DNA of 63,655 nucleotides, filler included. It is 7 parts of 7 records of this genome, joined end to end, with 100 filler letters (N's around TTAATTAATTAA, not from the genome) between each part and the next. Parts side by side here need not be neighbours in the genome. Positions count along the whole stretch, not along the records: positions 1 to 12,409 come from DRR723986_17561; 6 more parts are not named here. One strand, given 5' to 3'. The position numbers and the translations under genes were made by a program. Position 1 is the first letter of the stretch, and every line of letters begins with the position of its first letter. Positions 1 through 8,072 of the stretch are shown one piece after another. The notes beneath the pieces were generated by a model. The model made no database searches and had not been told where the DNA came from. It worked only from the letters and a program-made list of their open reading frames with translations.

Positions 1-180
1 TGCATTGGCGTTTGCGTTTTTGAACGTGCTTCGCGAGATTCCACCTTGCATTGAAGCAGCAGAGGTCCATGAGATGGTTTACACCATACTCATTGTCTCA
101 GATTACCTATGGAGTTCGTCTCACGTAGCATTCACCAATTCGCGTGGACGTAGATTCATACAGTTGAGAAGGCCTACGCC

Positions 181-309
181 AAATTAAGTGCTGTGCGCGG
201 AAAATTAAGTACTTTGTGTGGTCGTAATTTTAAGGGTGCCTAATTGAGGGTTTTGTGTGGAAATTGAGTATTTTGTGTTGAGCAATTTAGTACTTTGTGT
301 GGGCATCCA
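181..309 (-). mobile_element. Putative Tn7-like transposon end with five TnsB-type binding repeats; element would extend left beyond the window
   Basis: Five ~20-bp imperfect direct repeats at 181, 202, 241, 261 and 283 (plus-strand consensus about AATTNAGTANTTTGTGTGG). Read on the minus strand from 309 the end is TGGATGCC-CACACAAAGTACTAAATTG..., i.e. a TG terminus plus 8-bp cap followed by tandem sites, as in Tn7/Tn6677 ends. No transposase is visible. Confidence 0.6.
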
Positions 310-339
310 GTAAAATCCGCCCCGCCCTTGATCCTGATC

Positions 340-367
340 ACTGCGCATAATGTATATTATGTTAAAT
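340..367 (+). other. dif: dif site (XerC/XerD chromosome dimer resolution site)
   Basis: ACTGCGCATAA-TGTATA-TTATGTTAAAT; matches E. coli dif GGTGCGCATAATGTATATTATGTTAAAT at 26 of 28 positions; intergenic. Confidence 0.93.
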
Positions 368-465
368 ACAGCGTTCGGATGCATAGGGTACGCACTTTAT
401 GGAAGCTGTCACTCCAACCTCTTCGGTACAGACGTTGTGCGCATCCCTGCGTACGCCAGCCAAAC

Positions 466-621
466 CTAAAAAACATAAATGAAGCCAACGCCTATTTCCG
501 CCTCATAATCATTTCGAGTGATTGGGCTGTCGGATACATCACTCCCGAACGCTTCGTACAGAGCTTCTCCGAAGATCTGCCAGTTCTCGCCCAGGTAATT
601 GCGGTAGCTGACATTGAAGAA
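466..621 (-). pseudogene. C-terminal remnant of a MipA/OmpV-like outer membrane protein
   Basis: Start-less frame FFNVSYRNYLGENWQIFGEALYEAFGSDVSDSPITRNDYEAEIGVGFIYVF*, with the DSPI motif and a terminal aromatic beta-signal; absent from the ORF track. Confidence 0.6.
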
Positions 622-646
622 GGCCCGGTTTGATTGGTTTTCGGCG

Positions 647-1174
647 TTACTGGTTTCCTTGGCGCTGATTCTGAAGCATTTGTTCCATCATCAACTGCAT
701 CTGGTCCATGCGTTGTTCCATGCGCTGCAGCCGCTGATCTTCGCTCATGGCCGGGTTGCCTTGCCGCATTCCCTGTCCGCTGTTGCCAGGCCCCTGATTC
801 TTCATCTGGCCCTGACCGGGATTTCGGTTGCCCATGCCGAGGCCCTGGCCGTTCATTCCCATGCCTTGCCCCATCATTCCCGCGCCCTGGCCCATCATGC
901 CTGGCCCCATTCCGGACTCTCGCATTATCTGCAGGTGTTCCTGCATGTGCTCCATATGTTCCTGCCGCAGGCGTTGGCGTTCTTCTCTGGTCGTCGCATT
1001 CTGCATCTGCTGCATGGTCTGGTTCATTCGATCCATGTTCTGCTGCATTTGCTGAATCCGTTCCTGGTTCATCATTCCTGCCTGACTGCCCTGTCCGGGC
1101 CCACCCTGGGCAAAGGTGGCGAGCGGTAGCGAAATCAGGCTGGCGCAGACCAGCGTTCTCAAACTGTGTTTCAT
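647..1174 (-). CDS. Secreted Met/Gln/Gly-rich helical protein (possible periplasmic metal-binding protein)
   Basis: ATG 1174 with GGGGAGAG RBS; signal peptide ending ATFA-Q; MMGQG repeats; EHMEHMQEH. Confidence 0.75.
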   Translation of the reverse strand: MKHSLRTLVCASLISLPLATFAQGGPGQGSQAGMMNQERIQQMQQNMDRMNQTMQQMQNATTREERQRLRQEHMEHMQEHLQIMRESGMGPGMMGQGAGMMGQGMGMNGQGLGMGNRNPGQGQMKNQGPGNSGQGMRQGNPAMSEDQRLQRMEQRMDQMQLMMEQMLQNQRQGNQ

Positions 1175-1345
1175 GACTTTCTCTCCCCGTTGTGACTTTT
1201 CCATCAATAACAGAAAGAGCGAATGCCCTTTTGATGTACGTCAGATTCAAGTATAGGCAGTGTTCCGTAGTTTACTAACCTTGGAGGCTCCCGCTAATGG
1301 GTTTAGAATCGCTGCCTAATCTTCCCCGGGGTTCAGGATTCCAAA

Positions 1346-2599
1346 ATGCCGATTCTTGAAGCTGTTCTGATTGCTGTTGCCATTTTGGCGCTGCTCGGCG
1401 TCATCTTTGAAGAAGTCATTCACGTCAACAAGGCGAAAACCACACTGTTCTTTGGTACGTTCAGCTGGGTTCTCCTGTTTCTGTTCAGTTCCGGTGTAGA
1501 CGAAACCGCTGCAGTTTCCTCTGGCCTTTCGGAGAGCATTGCCGAGATCGCCGGGTTATGGCTGTTTCTGGTGGCGGCGATGACATTTGTGGCCTACCTG
1601 AACAAGAAAGGTATGATCGAAAACATGATCTACCTGATCATGCCTCGTCAGGTCACCGAGCGGCGATTACTGTTTCTGACCGGTCTGTTCTGCTTCGTAT
1701 TTTCTTCCCTGGCCGATAACATCACAGCAACGCTGGTTTCGTGCTCTCTGATTCTCTCTTTAAACCTGGATCTTAAGAAGCGTTTGCAATTCATTGTTTT
1801 GGTTGTGTTTGCAGTGAACTCCGGCGGCGTTTCACTGATCACCGGCGATGTCACCACGCTGATGATCTTCCTGGCAGACAAAGTGGAAATCCTGACGCTG
1901 CTGACACTGGCCATTCCCGCTTCAATCACGGTGTTTTTGCTGGCTGTGCTTCTTTCTGGCGGTCTGTCCGGCACCATTACCCTGAAAGCCAGTTCCAATG
2001 AAGTCCGAGCCGTGGACGCGGTAATCGCGGGCCTGTTTCTGGTTACAATCATTGCCACCATTACTGGCAACGCGTTATTCAGTATTCCTCCGGTGCTGAC
2101 CTTCCTTTTTGGTCTTTCCATCATGTTCCTGGTGTCCCGCTTCATGAGCGACGACTCGGATCTGGACCCGATTCTCGAATACATCCGGGTTATCGAGTTT
2201 GAAACCCTGCTGTTCTTCCTGGGGATCCTGCTTCTGGTGGGTATGCTAAAGGAAATTCATGCTCTGGATTCACTGGTGGCAATCTATGATGTCATGCCGC
2301 CGGTTTACGCCAACTATCTGATGGGCATTTTCTCCGCGGTCATCGATAACGTGCCTTTAACGGCCGCACTGCTGAAGTCCGGTATCGACATGAGCCCCGG
2401 GGAATGGATGGGGCTAACCTATGCCGTTGGCGTCGGCGGTTCGTTGCTGGTAATCGGTTCTGCGGCGGGAATTGTAGCCATGAGCAAAATTGAGGGGCTT
2501 ACTTTCGCGGCGTACCTGAAGTACGCGTTACACCTTCTGGCCGCGTACACAGTGGGCTATGCCGGGGTCATTCTACTTGGCTCTGTGATGAACGGCTAA
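1346..2599 (+). CDS. nhaD: Na+/H+ antiporter, NhaD family
   Basis: 417-aa polytopic membrane protein with LADNITAT, GDVTTLM, IDNVPL and GGSLLVIGSAAG motifs. Confidence 0.88.
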   Translation: MPILEAVLIAVAILALLGVIFEEVIHVNKAKTTLFFGTFSWVLLFLFSSGVDETAAVSSGLSESIAEIAGLWLFLVAAMTFVAYLNKKGMIENMIYLIMPRQVTERRLLFLTGLFCFVFSSLADNITATLVSCSLILSLNLDLKKRLQFIVLVVFAVNSGGVSLITGDVTTLMIFLADKVEILTLLTLAIPASITVFLLAVLLSGGLSGTITLKASSNEVRAVDAVIAGLFLVTIIATITGNALFSIPPVLTFLFGLSIMFLVSRFMSDDSDLDPILEYIRVIEFETLLFFLGILLLVGMLKEIHALDSLVAIYDVMPPVYANYLMGIFSAVIDNVPLTAALLKSGIDMSPGEWMGLTYAVGVGGSLLVIGSAAGIVAMSKIEGLTFAAYLKYALHLLAAYTVGYAGVILLGSVMNG

Positions 2600-2607
2600 C
2601 GTCGAAA

Positions 2608-2632
2608 GCCTGCGAGGTCCCGCCCCGCAGGC
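2608..2632. terminator. Hairpin between convergent genes
   Basis: GCCTGCG...CGCAGGC stem. Confidence 0.5.
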
Positions 2633-2648
2633 ATTGGTTATCTCATCG

Positions 2649-3188
2649 TCAGAAGTTGACCTGAACGCCCAGGCCGATGCCATCTACGGTAATATCATCG
2701 TCATCGTAGTAACGCATGTATTCGAGGTTGCCTGACAGGTTCTTGGCGAACTTAACATTCAGGCCAGCACCGTACGAAAAATCGGAATCATCGTCTTCCA
2801 CTGAGCCTGCCTCAGCTTCAATACGAGTGAAACCGACAACAGCGTAGGGTGTTACCGGGCTCTCGTTCACCACGTTCACCGTGCCGTAACCACCGAAGAA
2901 GTTGTCGATTTTAACGTCAACGCCGGCAATCCGATCGTCATCCACACCAAAGCCCGCTCGGGCCTCAACACCGAAATAGTCCGTGGCCATAACGCCGACC
3001 TTGCCAGACAAGGTGCCAGTGTCGGCTTCCGCCAGGCCATCGAAATCGGTTTCCATGAAGGTGTAATTCAGGCCGGCGTAGAGCCCGCCAACACCGGATT
3101 TATACATATCCTGGGCAGAAGCAAGCCCAGCCAGGACCAGCCCGGCGAAGGCAGTTGATGCAACAAGAACCTTTCTTGTGGTCTTCAT
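2649..3188 (-). CDS. Outer-membrane beta-barrel protein (OmpA-like transmembrane/porin family)
   Basis: Signal peptide, amphipathic strands, SYGAG motif, C-terminal Phe. Confidence 0.85.
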   Translation of the reverse strand: MKTTRKVLVASTAFAGLVLAGLASAQDMYKSGVGGLYAGLNYTFMETDFDGLAEADTGTLSGKVGVMATDYFGVEARAGFGVDDDRIAGVDVKIDNFFGGYGTVNVVNESPVTPYAVVGFTRIEAEAGSVEDDDSDFSYGAGLNVKFAKNLSGNLEYMRYYDDDDITVDGIGLGVQVNF

Positions 3189-3400
3189 AGTCTTTCTCCC
3201 TGTTCATACAGGCCTTCACGGCCTGACAGTAAACGTGCATCAGTCCGACGATTCCCGCCATAGGTGCGTTCCGTATTTACCCATTTTTTACGTCGATTTA
3301 ATTCCAGGTTAATACTTCTGTCCGGGGCCTGTTTCCTTGCGGTTGAGCAAGCCCGCGGGTATGCTGACGCCGTCTTTTTGTCAGCTGGCTTGAGCGTGCC

Positions 3401-4858
3401 TTGAGAAACCTAGCCCCTGTCGTCTTCATTGTCAGCGTCATGTTTATACTTCTGAGTGTTTTCATGACGTTACCGGTACTGCTGTTGGCTGCCACCCCTT
3501 CCGGTGCACCCAATGCCATCGCGTTTGCCGAATCGGCGGCTATTGTTTGCGTGCTTGGTGTTCTGGGGCTGTTGCTGACCTACCGTGAACCCCGCGAACT
3601 GAAACCTCGCTATATGTTCGTGCTCACCGTCTCCAGCTGGTTTGTCATTGCCCTTCTCTCTGCCCTTCCCTTTTACCTGAGCGATAACGACATCTCGGCG
3701 GCAGATGCGTTTTTTGAGGGCACCTCCGGCATCACCACCACGGGAGCTACGGTGTTCACCGGTCTGGACACGATGGACATGGATCTGCTGCTCTGGCGCT
3801 CGATCCTTCAGTGGCTGGGCGGTATCGGGATTATCGGCATGTTCGTTGCCGTACTGCCTTTCCTGCGAGTGGGCGGGATGCGCCTGTTCGCTACCGAATC
3901 GTCTGAGTGGACGGAAAAGGCTCTGCCACGCATGAAGACTCTCAGCCGGGGCCTGCTGTTGGTGTATCTGGTGTTTTCCGTGGTTGCGGTTGTCACCTAC
4001 TGGCTGTCCGGGATGTCTCTGTTTGACGCGTTCAACCATGGCCTGACCAGCATTGCTACAGGCGGCTTTTCAACCTCAGACCTGTCCATGGGTAAGTTCA
4101 GCGACCTTATCCTGCTGGAAGCCACCTTTTTCATGATCATCGGCAGCCTGCCGTTTTTCCTGTTTGTGCGGGAAATGCACGGCCAGCATGGGGTTCTGTT
4201 CCGTGATCAGCAGGTTCGTCTGTTCCTGGGGATTCTGTTCGCGGTGCCGGCCATGCTCACGCTCTATCGCTGGTGGGTATCCCCGGTACCCTTCGACCCG
4301 ATTCACAATTACGCAGCCACACTTTTTAATGTGACTTCCGTTGTTACGACCACGGGCTACGCGTCTGAAGATTACTCCGCCTGGGGGCCTCTGGCCTTTG
4401 TGGTGTTCTTCTTCCTCATGTTTGTGGGCGGCTGCTCAGGCTCAACCGCCGGTGGCATGAAAATCTTCCGGTTCCAGCTATCGCTGATCATTCTGCGAGA
4501 GCAGTTAATGCGGCTGTTGCACCCACGGGCCGTATTTACCCGTAACTACAACGGCCGTGCCGTCAGCGACGAAATCATCTCCTCGATGATTGCCTATACC
4601 TTTATCTTCCTGTTGTGTCTGCTGGTGATCACCGTGTTGCTGGCATCCCTTCAGCTCGACTTTGTCACTGCCCTTTCTGGCGCCCTCACCTCACTGACCA
4701 ACGTTGGTCCCGGCCTTGGCGATATCATTGGCCCCGCCGGGAACTTCTCGCCTCTGCCCGACGCCGCCAAGTGGATTCTGTCAGTGGGCATGCTGATGGG
4801 GCGTCTGGAAATCCTGAGCGTGGTGATCGTGCTCTCACCGGGCTTCTGGCGCGGCTGA
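3401..4858 (+). CDS. trkH: Trk potassium uptake membrane protein
   Basis: Pore-loop motifs TTTGAT, ATGGFS, TTTGY, TNVGPG; GGCSGSTAGGMK. Confidence 0.95.
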   Translation: MRNLAPVVFIVSVMFILLSVFMTLPVLLLAATPSGAPNAIAFAESAAIVCVLGVLGLLLTYREPRELKPRYMFVLTVSSWFVIALLSALPFYLSDNDISAADAFFEGTSGITTTGATVFTGLDTMDMDLLLWRSILQWLGGIGIIGMFVAVLPFLRVGGMRLFATESSEWTEKALPRMKTLSRGLLLVYLVFSVVAVVTYWLSGMSLFDAFNHGLTSIATGGFSTSDLSMGKFSDLILLEATFFMIIGSLPFFLFVREMHGQHGVLFRDQQVRLFLGILFAVPAMLTLYRWWVSPVPFDPIHNYAATLFNVTSVVTTTGYASEDYSAWGPLAFVVFFFLMFVGGCSGSTAGGMKIFRFQLSLIILREQLMRLLHPRAVFTRNYNGRAVSDEIISSMIAYTFIFLLCLLVITVLLASLQLDFVTALSGALTSLTNVGPGLGDIIGPAGNFSPLPDAAKWILSVGMLMGRLEILSVVIVLSPGFWRG

Positions 4859-7363
4859 TCAGCGTAGCCAGAGAATGTGAGCGTCTTCCAGGGGCAGGTT
4901 TAGCCTGGGTTCATGAATGCGGATGCGTGGAGTGAAATGCTCTAGCGGGCGTGGTGGCACCGTGCAGTAATATCGGTACGTCTGTTCGGCTTCCTGTAGT
5001 GGCCCGCTGAACGCCATAGACTGTACCAGGCGTGGGCCGGAGTTTGAGGATTCTGCCACCAACTCTACGGCGACCAGTTCCGGGCTCAGGCCATCCAGAT
5101 ACACATCCAGATCGAAACGCAGTTTTTGGCCTTCCTCCCGGGCGTCCATTGCGCCAAACCTCAGGCGTGGCCAGTGTCGGGCTATGGTTTCTTTCACAGA
5201 AACAAGTTCGTCAGCACCTACAGCGGTGCGCTCCGCGCCCTGGGCCACCATGGGCAGATAGAAATCCGTGACATATTCCCGAACCATGCGGTTGGCCGAG
5301 TATCGTGCAGTTAATTCGTTCATGCTGGCCCGAATTCTCGCCAGCCAGTTGGCCGGTAAACCCTGTTCATTACGCAGGTAGAATTCCGGTACAACCTGAT
5401 TCTCCAGCAACTGATAGAGTTCTTCGGCATCAGCCTCATCGTGTTTATCCGTCTGGCTCAACTCCTCGAAGGTGGCTCCCGGCCGAATGGCCCAGCCCAG
5501 CTCCGGCTGCCAGGCTTCCGCCCACCAGCCATCATACTGCGACAGGTTCAGACCGCCATTTACCAGCACCTTCATGCCGCTGGTACCACAGGCTTCCCAG
5601 GGGTGGCGCGGGCAATTCAGCCAAACATCCACGCCCTGAATCAGTTCGCTGGCCACCGCCATGTCGTAGTCTTCAATGAATACCACGCGCCCCTCTACTT
5701 CCGGCAGGCGGGTGAACTGCTTCCAGCGTTTGATGATGTCCTTGCCTTCGTTGTCGTGGGGGTGGGCCTTCCCCGCCAATACAATCTGCAGGGGCCGGTC
5801 CCGATTGCTGAGGAGTCGGATCAGTCGTTCCGGATCTGTCAGCAGCAAATCCGGGCGCTTGTAATCGGTAAAGCGGCGGGCAAAACCTAGCGTCAGAGAC
5901 TCAGTATCCAGAAGCAGACCACACGCCGCTTCCTCGCTGTTGCCGTAGTTGTGCTCACAATGCTGGCTCTGCAGTCGCGCTCGCAGGTAATACACCAATC
6001 GATGTCGCTGGTTTCTGCGCATCTGCCAGAGATCATGGTCAGTAGTCTCTTTCAGCGGGCAAAGGTCCGTCATAGGCTGTCGCCAGCGGTCCTGGCCACA
6101 GGCCGACGTCCATAATTCGTCCGCCTCCGGAGAATCCCAGCTTGGGGTATGCACGCCGTTGGTAACGTATTCTGCTGGCACATCGGCCGCCGGCCAGCGC
6201 CCGAACCAGGGCTGGAAAATGGATTGGGTGACCTGTTTGTGAATCTGGCTGACACCGTTAAAACGCCCGCTCATACCCAGCGCAAGCCCCGACATGTTCA
6301 AATCGCTTGAACCACCATTGGCAACGGTCAGTATGGTCTCCAGCGGCTGGCCGATTTCCTGCAACCAGGGCTCCAGGTACAATCGGGCAAGTTTCGCCGG
6401 GAACCGGTCAAAACCAGCAGCTACTGAAGTGTGGGTGGTAAAAAGGTTGGTGGCTCTGGTTGCCAGCCGCGCCACTTCAAAACTGGTCTCATTCTGCTGT
6501 TGCCAGTGCACCGCGCGCTCAACCAACGCCAATGCGCTGTGGCCTTCGTTAATGTGGCACAAAGCAGGTTTGCGCCCCAATTGTGCCAACAAGCGCCAGC
6601 CGCCAATTCCAAGCACCATTTCCTGTTGCAGGCGTTTTTCCGGATCGCCGCTGTATAGCTCGCTGGTAATACCCCGGTCGCCGGGCTCATTCCGGGGGTC
6701 ATTACTGTCGAGCAGCAACAATTCACAGCGCCCCACCTGTCCTTTCCAGGCCCTCAGGCGAACCGTACGGCCGGGAAAAGGTACGTTTACCCTTGCCCAT
6801 TCTCCGTTGCTGTCCCGTAACGGAGTAACCGGGAGCATGGTCGGATCGTTATACGGGTGAAACTCCAGCTGTTCCCCCTCAGCGTTCAGGGCCTGCCGGA
6901 AATAGCCCTGCTGGTAGAGCAAGCCCACGGCTGTGACCGGCACACCGAGATCGCTGGAAGCCTTCAGGAAATCCCCGGCCAGAACGCCCAGGCCGCCGCT
7001 GTATAACGGCAGGGATTCCGACACCCCATACTCCATGCAGAACCAAGCGACGCCAGTGGCCAGCTGGTTTCCGCAGTTTTCAGAATACCAGGTCGGGCAC
7101 TGGTTGAAGGCCTCATGGCGATTCAGTTGTTGCTGGTACCGGGTCAGGAATTCCGGGTCTTCGGCCAGCTGTTGCAGCCGCTCTGCCGAAGCGCTGTTCA
7201 GCACCAGCCAGGCGTTGTGGGTTGCCTCCCAGATTTCTTCATCGAGCTGCCGCCACAACTGATCACATCCGTGGTGCCAGCTCCACTGCAGATCCAGTGC
7301 AATCGCCATCAGCCCAGACAACTGTGCTGGCAAGGCCCTCATAGTATACGCGGCCAGAGTCAT
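4859..7363 (-). CDS. glgP: Alpha-glucan (glycogen) phosphorylase
   Basis: YSGGLGVLAGD, TNGVH, ARRFTDYKR, EACGTSGMK (PLP lysine). Confidence 0.95.
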   Translation of the reverse strand: MTLAAYTMRALPAQLSGLMAIALDLQWSWHHGCDQLWRQLDEEIWEATHNAWLVLNSASAERLQQLAEDPEFLTRYQQQLNRHEAFNQCPTWYSENCGNQLATGVAWFCMEYGVSESLPLYSGGLGVLAGDFLKASSDLGVPVTAVGLLYQQGYFRQALNAEGEQLEFHPYNDPTMLPVTPLRDSNGEWARVNVPFPGRTVRLRAWKGQVGRCELLLLDSNDPRNEPGDRGITSELYSGDPEKRLQQEMVLGIGGWRLLAQLGRKPALCHINEGHSALALVERAVHWQQQNETSFEVARLATRATNLFTTHTSVAAGFDRFPAKLARLYLEPWLQEIGQPLETILTVANGGSSDLNMSGLALGMSGRFNGVSQIHKQVTQSIFQPWFGRWPAADVPAEYVTNGVHTPSWDSPEADELWTSACGQDRWRQPMTDLCPLKETTDHDLWQMRRNQRHRLVYYLRARLQSQHCEHNYGNSEEAACGLLLDTESLTLGFARRFTDYKRPDLLLTDPERLIRLLSNRDRPLQIVLAGKAHPHDNEGKDIIKRWKQFTRLPEVEGRVVFIEDYDMAVASELIQGVDVWLNCPRHPWEACGTSGMKVLVNGGLNLSQYDGWWAEAWQPELGWAIRPGATFEELSQTDKHDEADAEELYQLLENQVVPEFYLRNEQGLPANWLARIRASMNELTARYSANRMVREYVTDFYLPMVAQGAERTAVGADELVSVKETIARHWPRLRFGAMDAREEGQKLRFDLDVYLDGLSPELVAVELVAESSNSGPRLVQSMAFSGPLQEAEQTYRYYCTVPPRPLEHFTPRIRIHEPRLNLPLEDAHILWLR

Positions 7364-7376
7364 GGGGCTTCAGCCG

Positions 7377-7562
7377 TTAATGCGCGGTATAGCCGCCGTC
7401 GATAACCAGTTCGCTCCCGGTCATGAATTTGGACTCATCAGAGGCGAGGAAAACAATGCCCCAGGCAATGTCGTCCGGCTCGCCCATCCTTTCAACCGTT
7501 GCTTTGCCAATGCCCAGTGCGCCGCCGGTTACCGCAGCTACTTTGCCTTCAAGTCGTGCCAT
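7377..7562 (-). pseudogene. Short-chain dehydrogenase with a large in-frame internal deletion
   Basis: 61 aa: SDR N-terminus (VTGGALGIG) joined directly to SDR C-terminus (GEPDDIA...FMTGSELVIDGG); catalytic YxxxK core missing. Confidence 0.85.
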
Positions 7563-7604
7563 GTCAGTCGTCCCTTACAGAGTCAGTTCTTGTCTTTATT
7601 GAAG

Positions 7605-7967
7605 TCAATGCATTTGCTTACGAAGTCGCCCGGCAAGAAGGTCTGTAGAAGCCTGTTCCTGCAGGCAGGCAATCAGTTCAGAAATCGTCAGCGCATCGTT
7701 CTCAACGCCATCAAAATCAACCCCCAGTCCGCCATCATCAGTCCGAACCACATGGGCGCTCAGTGTGCAGTGCCCCCGCTCCGAACGTTCCGGAAACCGG
7801 AAGGACAGCTCGATCGTCTGGTTCAGCCTCACATCCGAATAATCGGTCGCAATAAACAGACCACGCCGGGATGCATCCCGGATCATACCAGTCGCTACTG
7901 GCATGCCACGTTTGTAGACCAGAATGGGCAACCCGCCTTCTACCCGTTGGCTTAGCCGGTGTTCCAT
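7605..7967 (-). CDS. Single-domain PilZ protein (c-di-GMP receptor)
   Basis: RxxxR (RLSQR) and DxSxxG (DASRRG) motifs, VVRT..GLGVDF; ATG 7967 with AGGAGG RBS. Confidence 0.85.
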   Translation of the reverse strand: MEHRLSQRVEGGLPILVYKRGMPVATGMIRDASRRGLFIATDYSDVRLNQTIELSFRFPERSERGHCTLSAHVVRTDDGGLGVDFDGVENDALTISELIACLQEQASTDLLAGRLRKQMH

Positions 7968-8013
7968 GCCGTTTCCTCCTGTCAGCTTGCCGAGTGGATA
8001 CCGCAACTCCTCC

Positions 8014-8056
8014 ACTTTACACCTGATTAAATATTAACCATCTTGATTCTGATCAA
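8014..8056 (-). promoter_or_regulatory. FNR/Anr/Dnr-type box with class II promoter upstream of pilZ
   Basis: Perfect TTGAT-N4-ATCAA at 8043-8056; -10-like TAAAGT at 8019-8014 puts the box centre near -42. Confidence 0.75.
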
Positions 8057-8072
8057 GAGGGTGATCACTCGG

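Noticed and set aside
5-187. 60-aa ORF, and short minus-strand ORFs in 1-180 as a tnsA start
   Set aside because: No recognisable motif in any frame, so which transposon end this is cannot be determined
181-302. Repeat array as a CRISPR array or plasmid iterons
   Set aside because: Repeats are adjacent and degenerate with no unique spacers; no cas or rep gene is visible
492-1250. Several long overlapping ORFs over the Met/Gln-rich gene
   Set aside because: Shadow frames of low-complexity sequence; only 647-1174 has an RBS and signal peptide
3663-3670. KOPS-like CCCTTCCC oriented towards dif
   Set aside because: A single occurrence noticed by eye is not evidence
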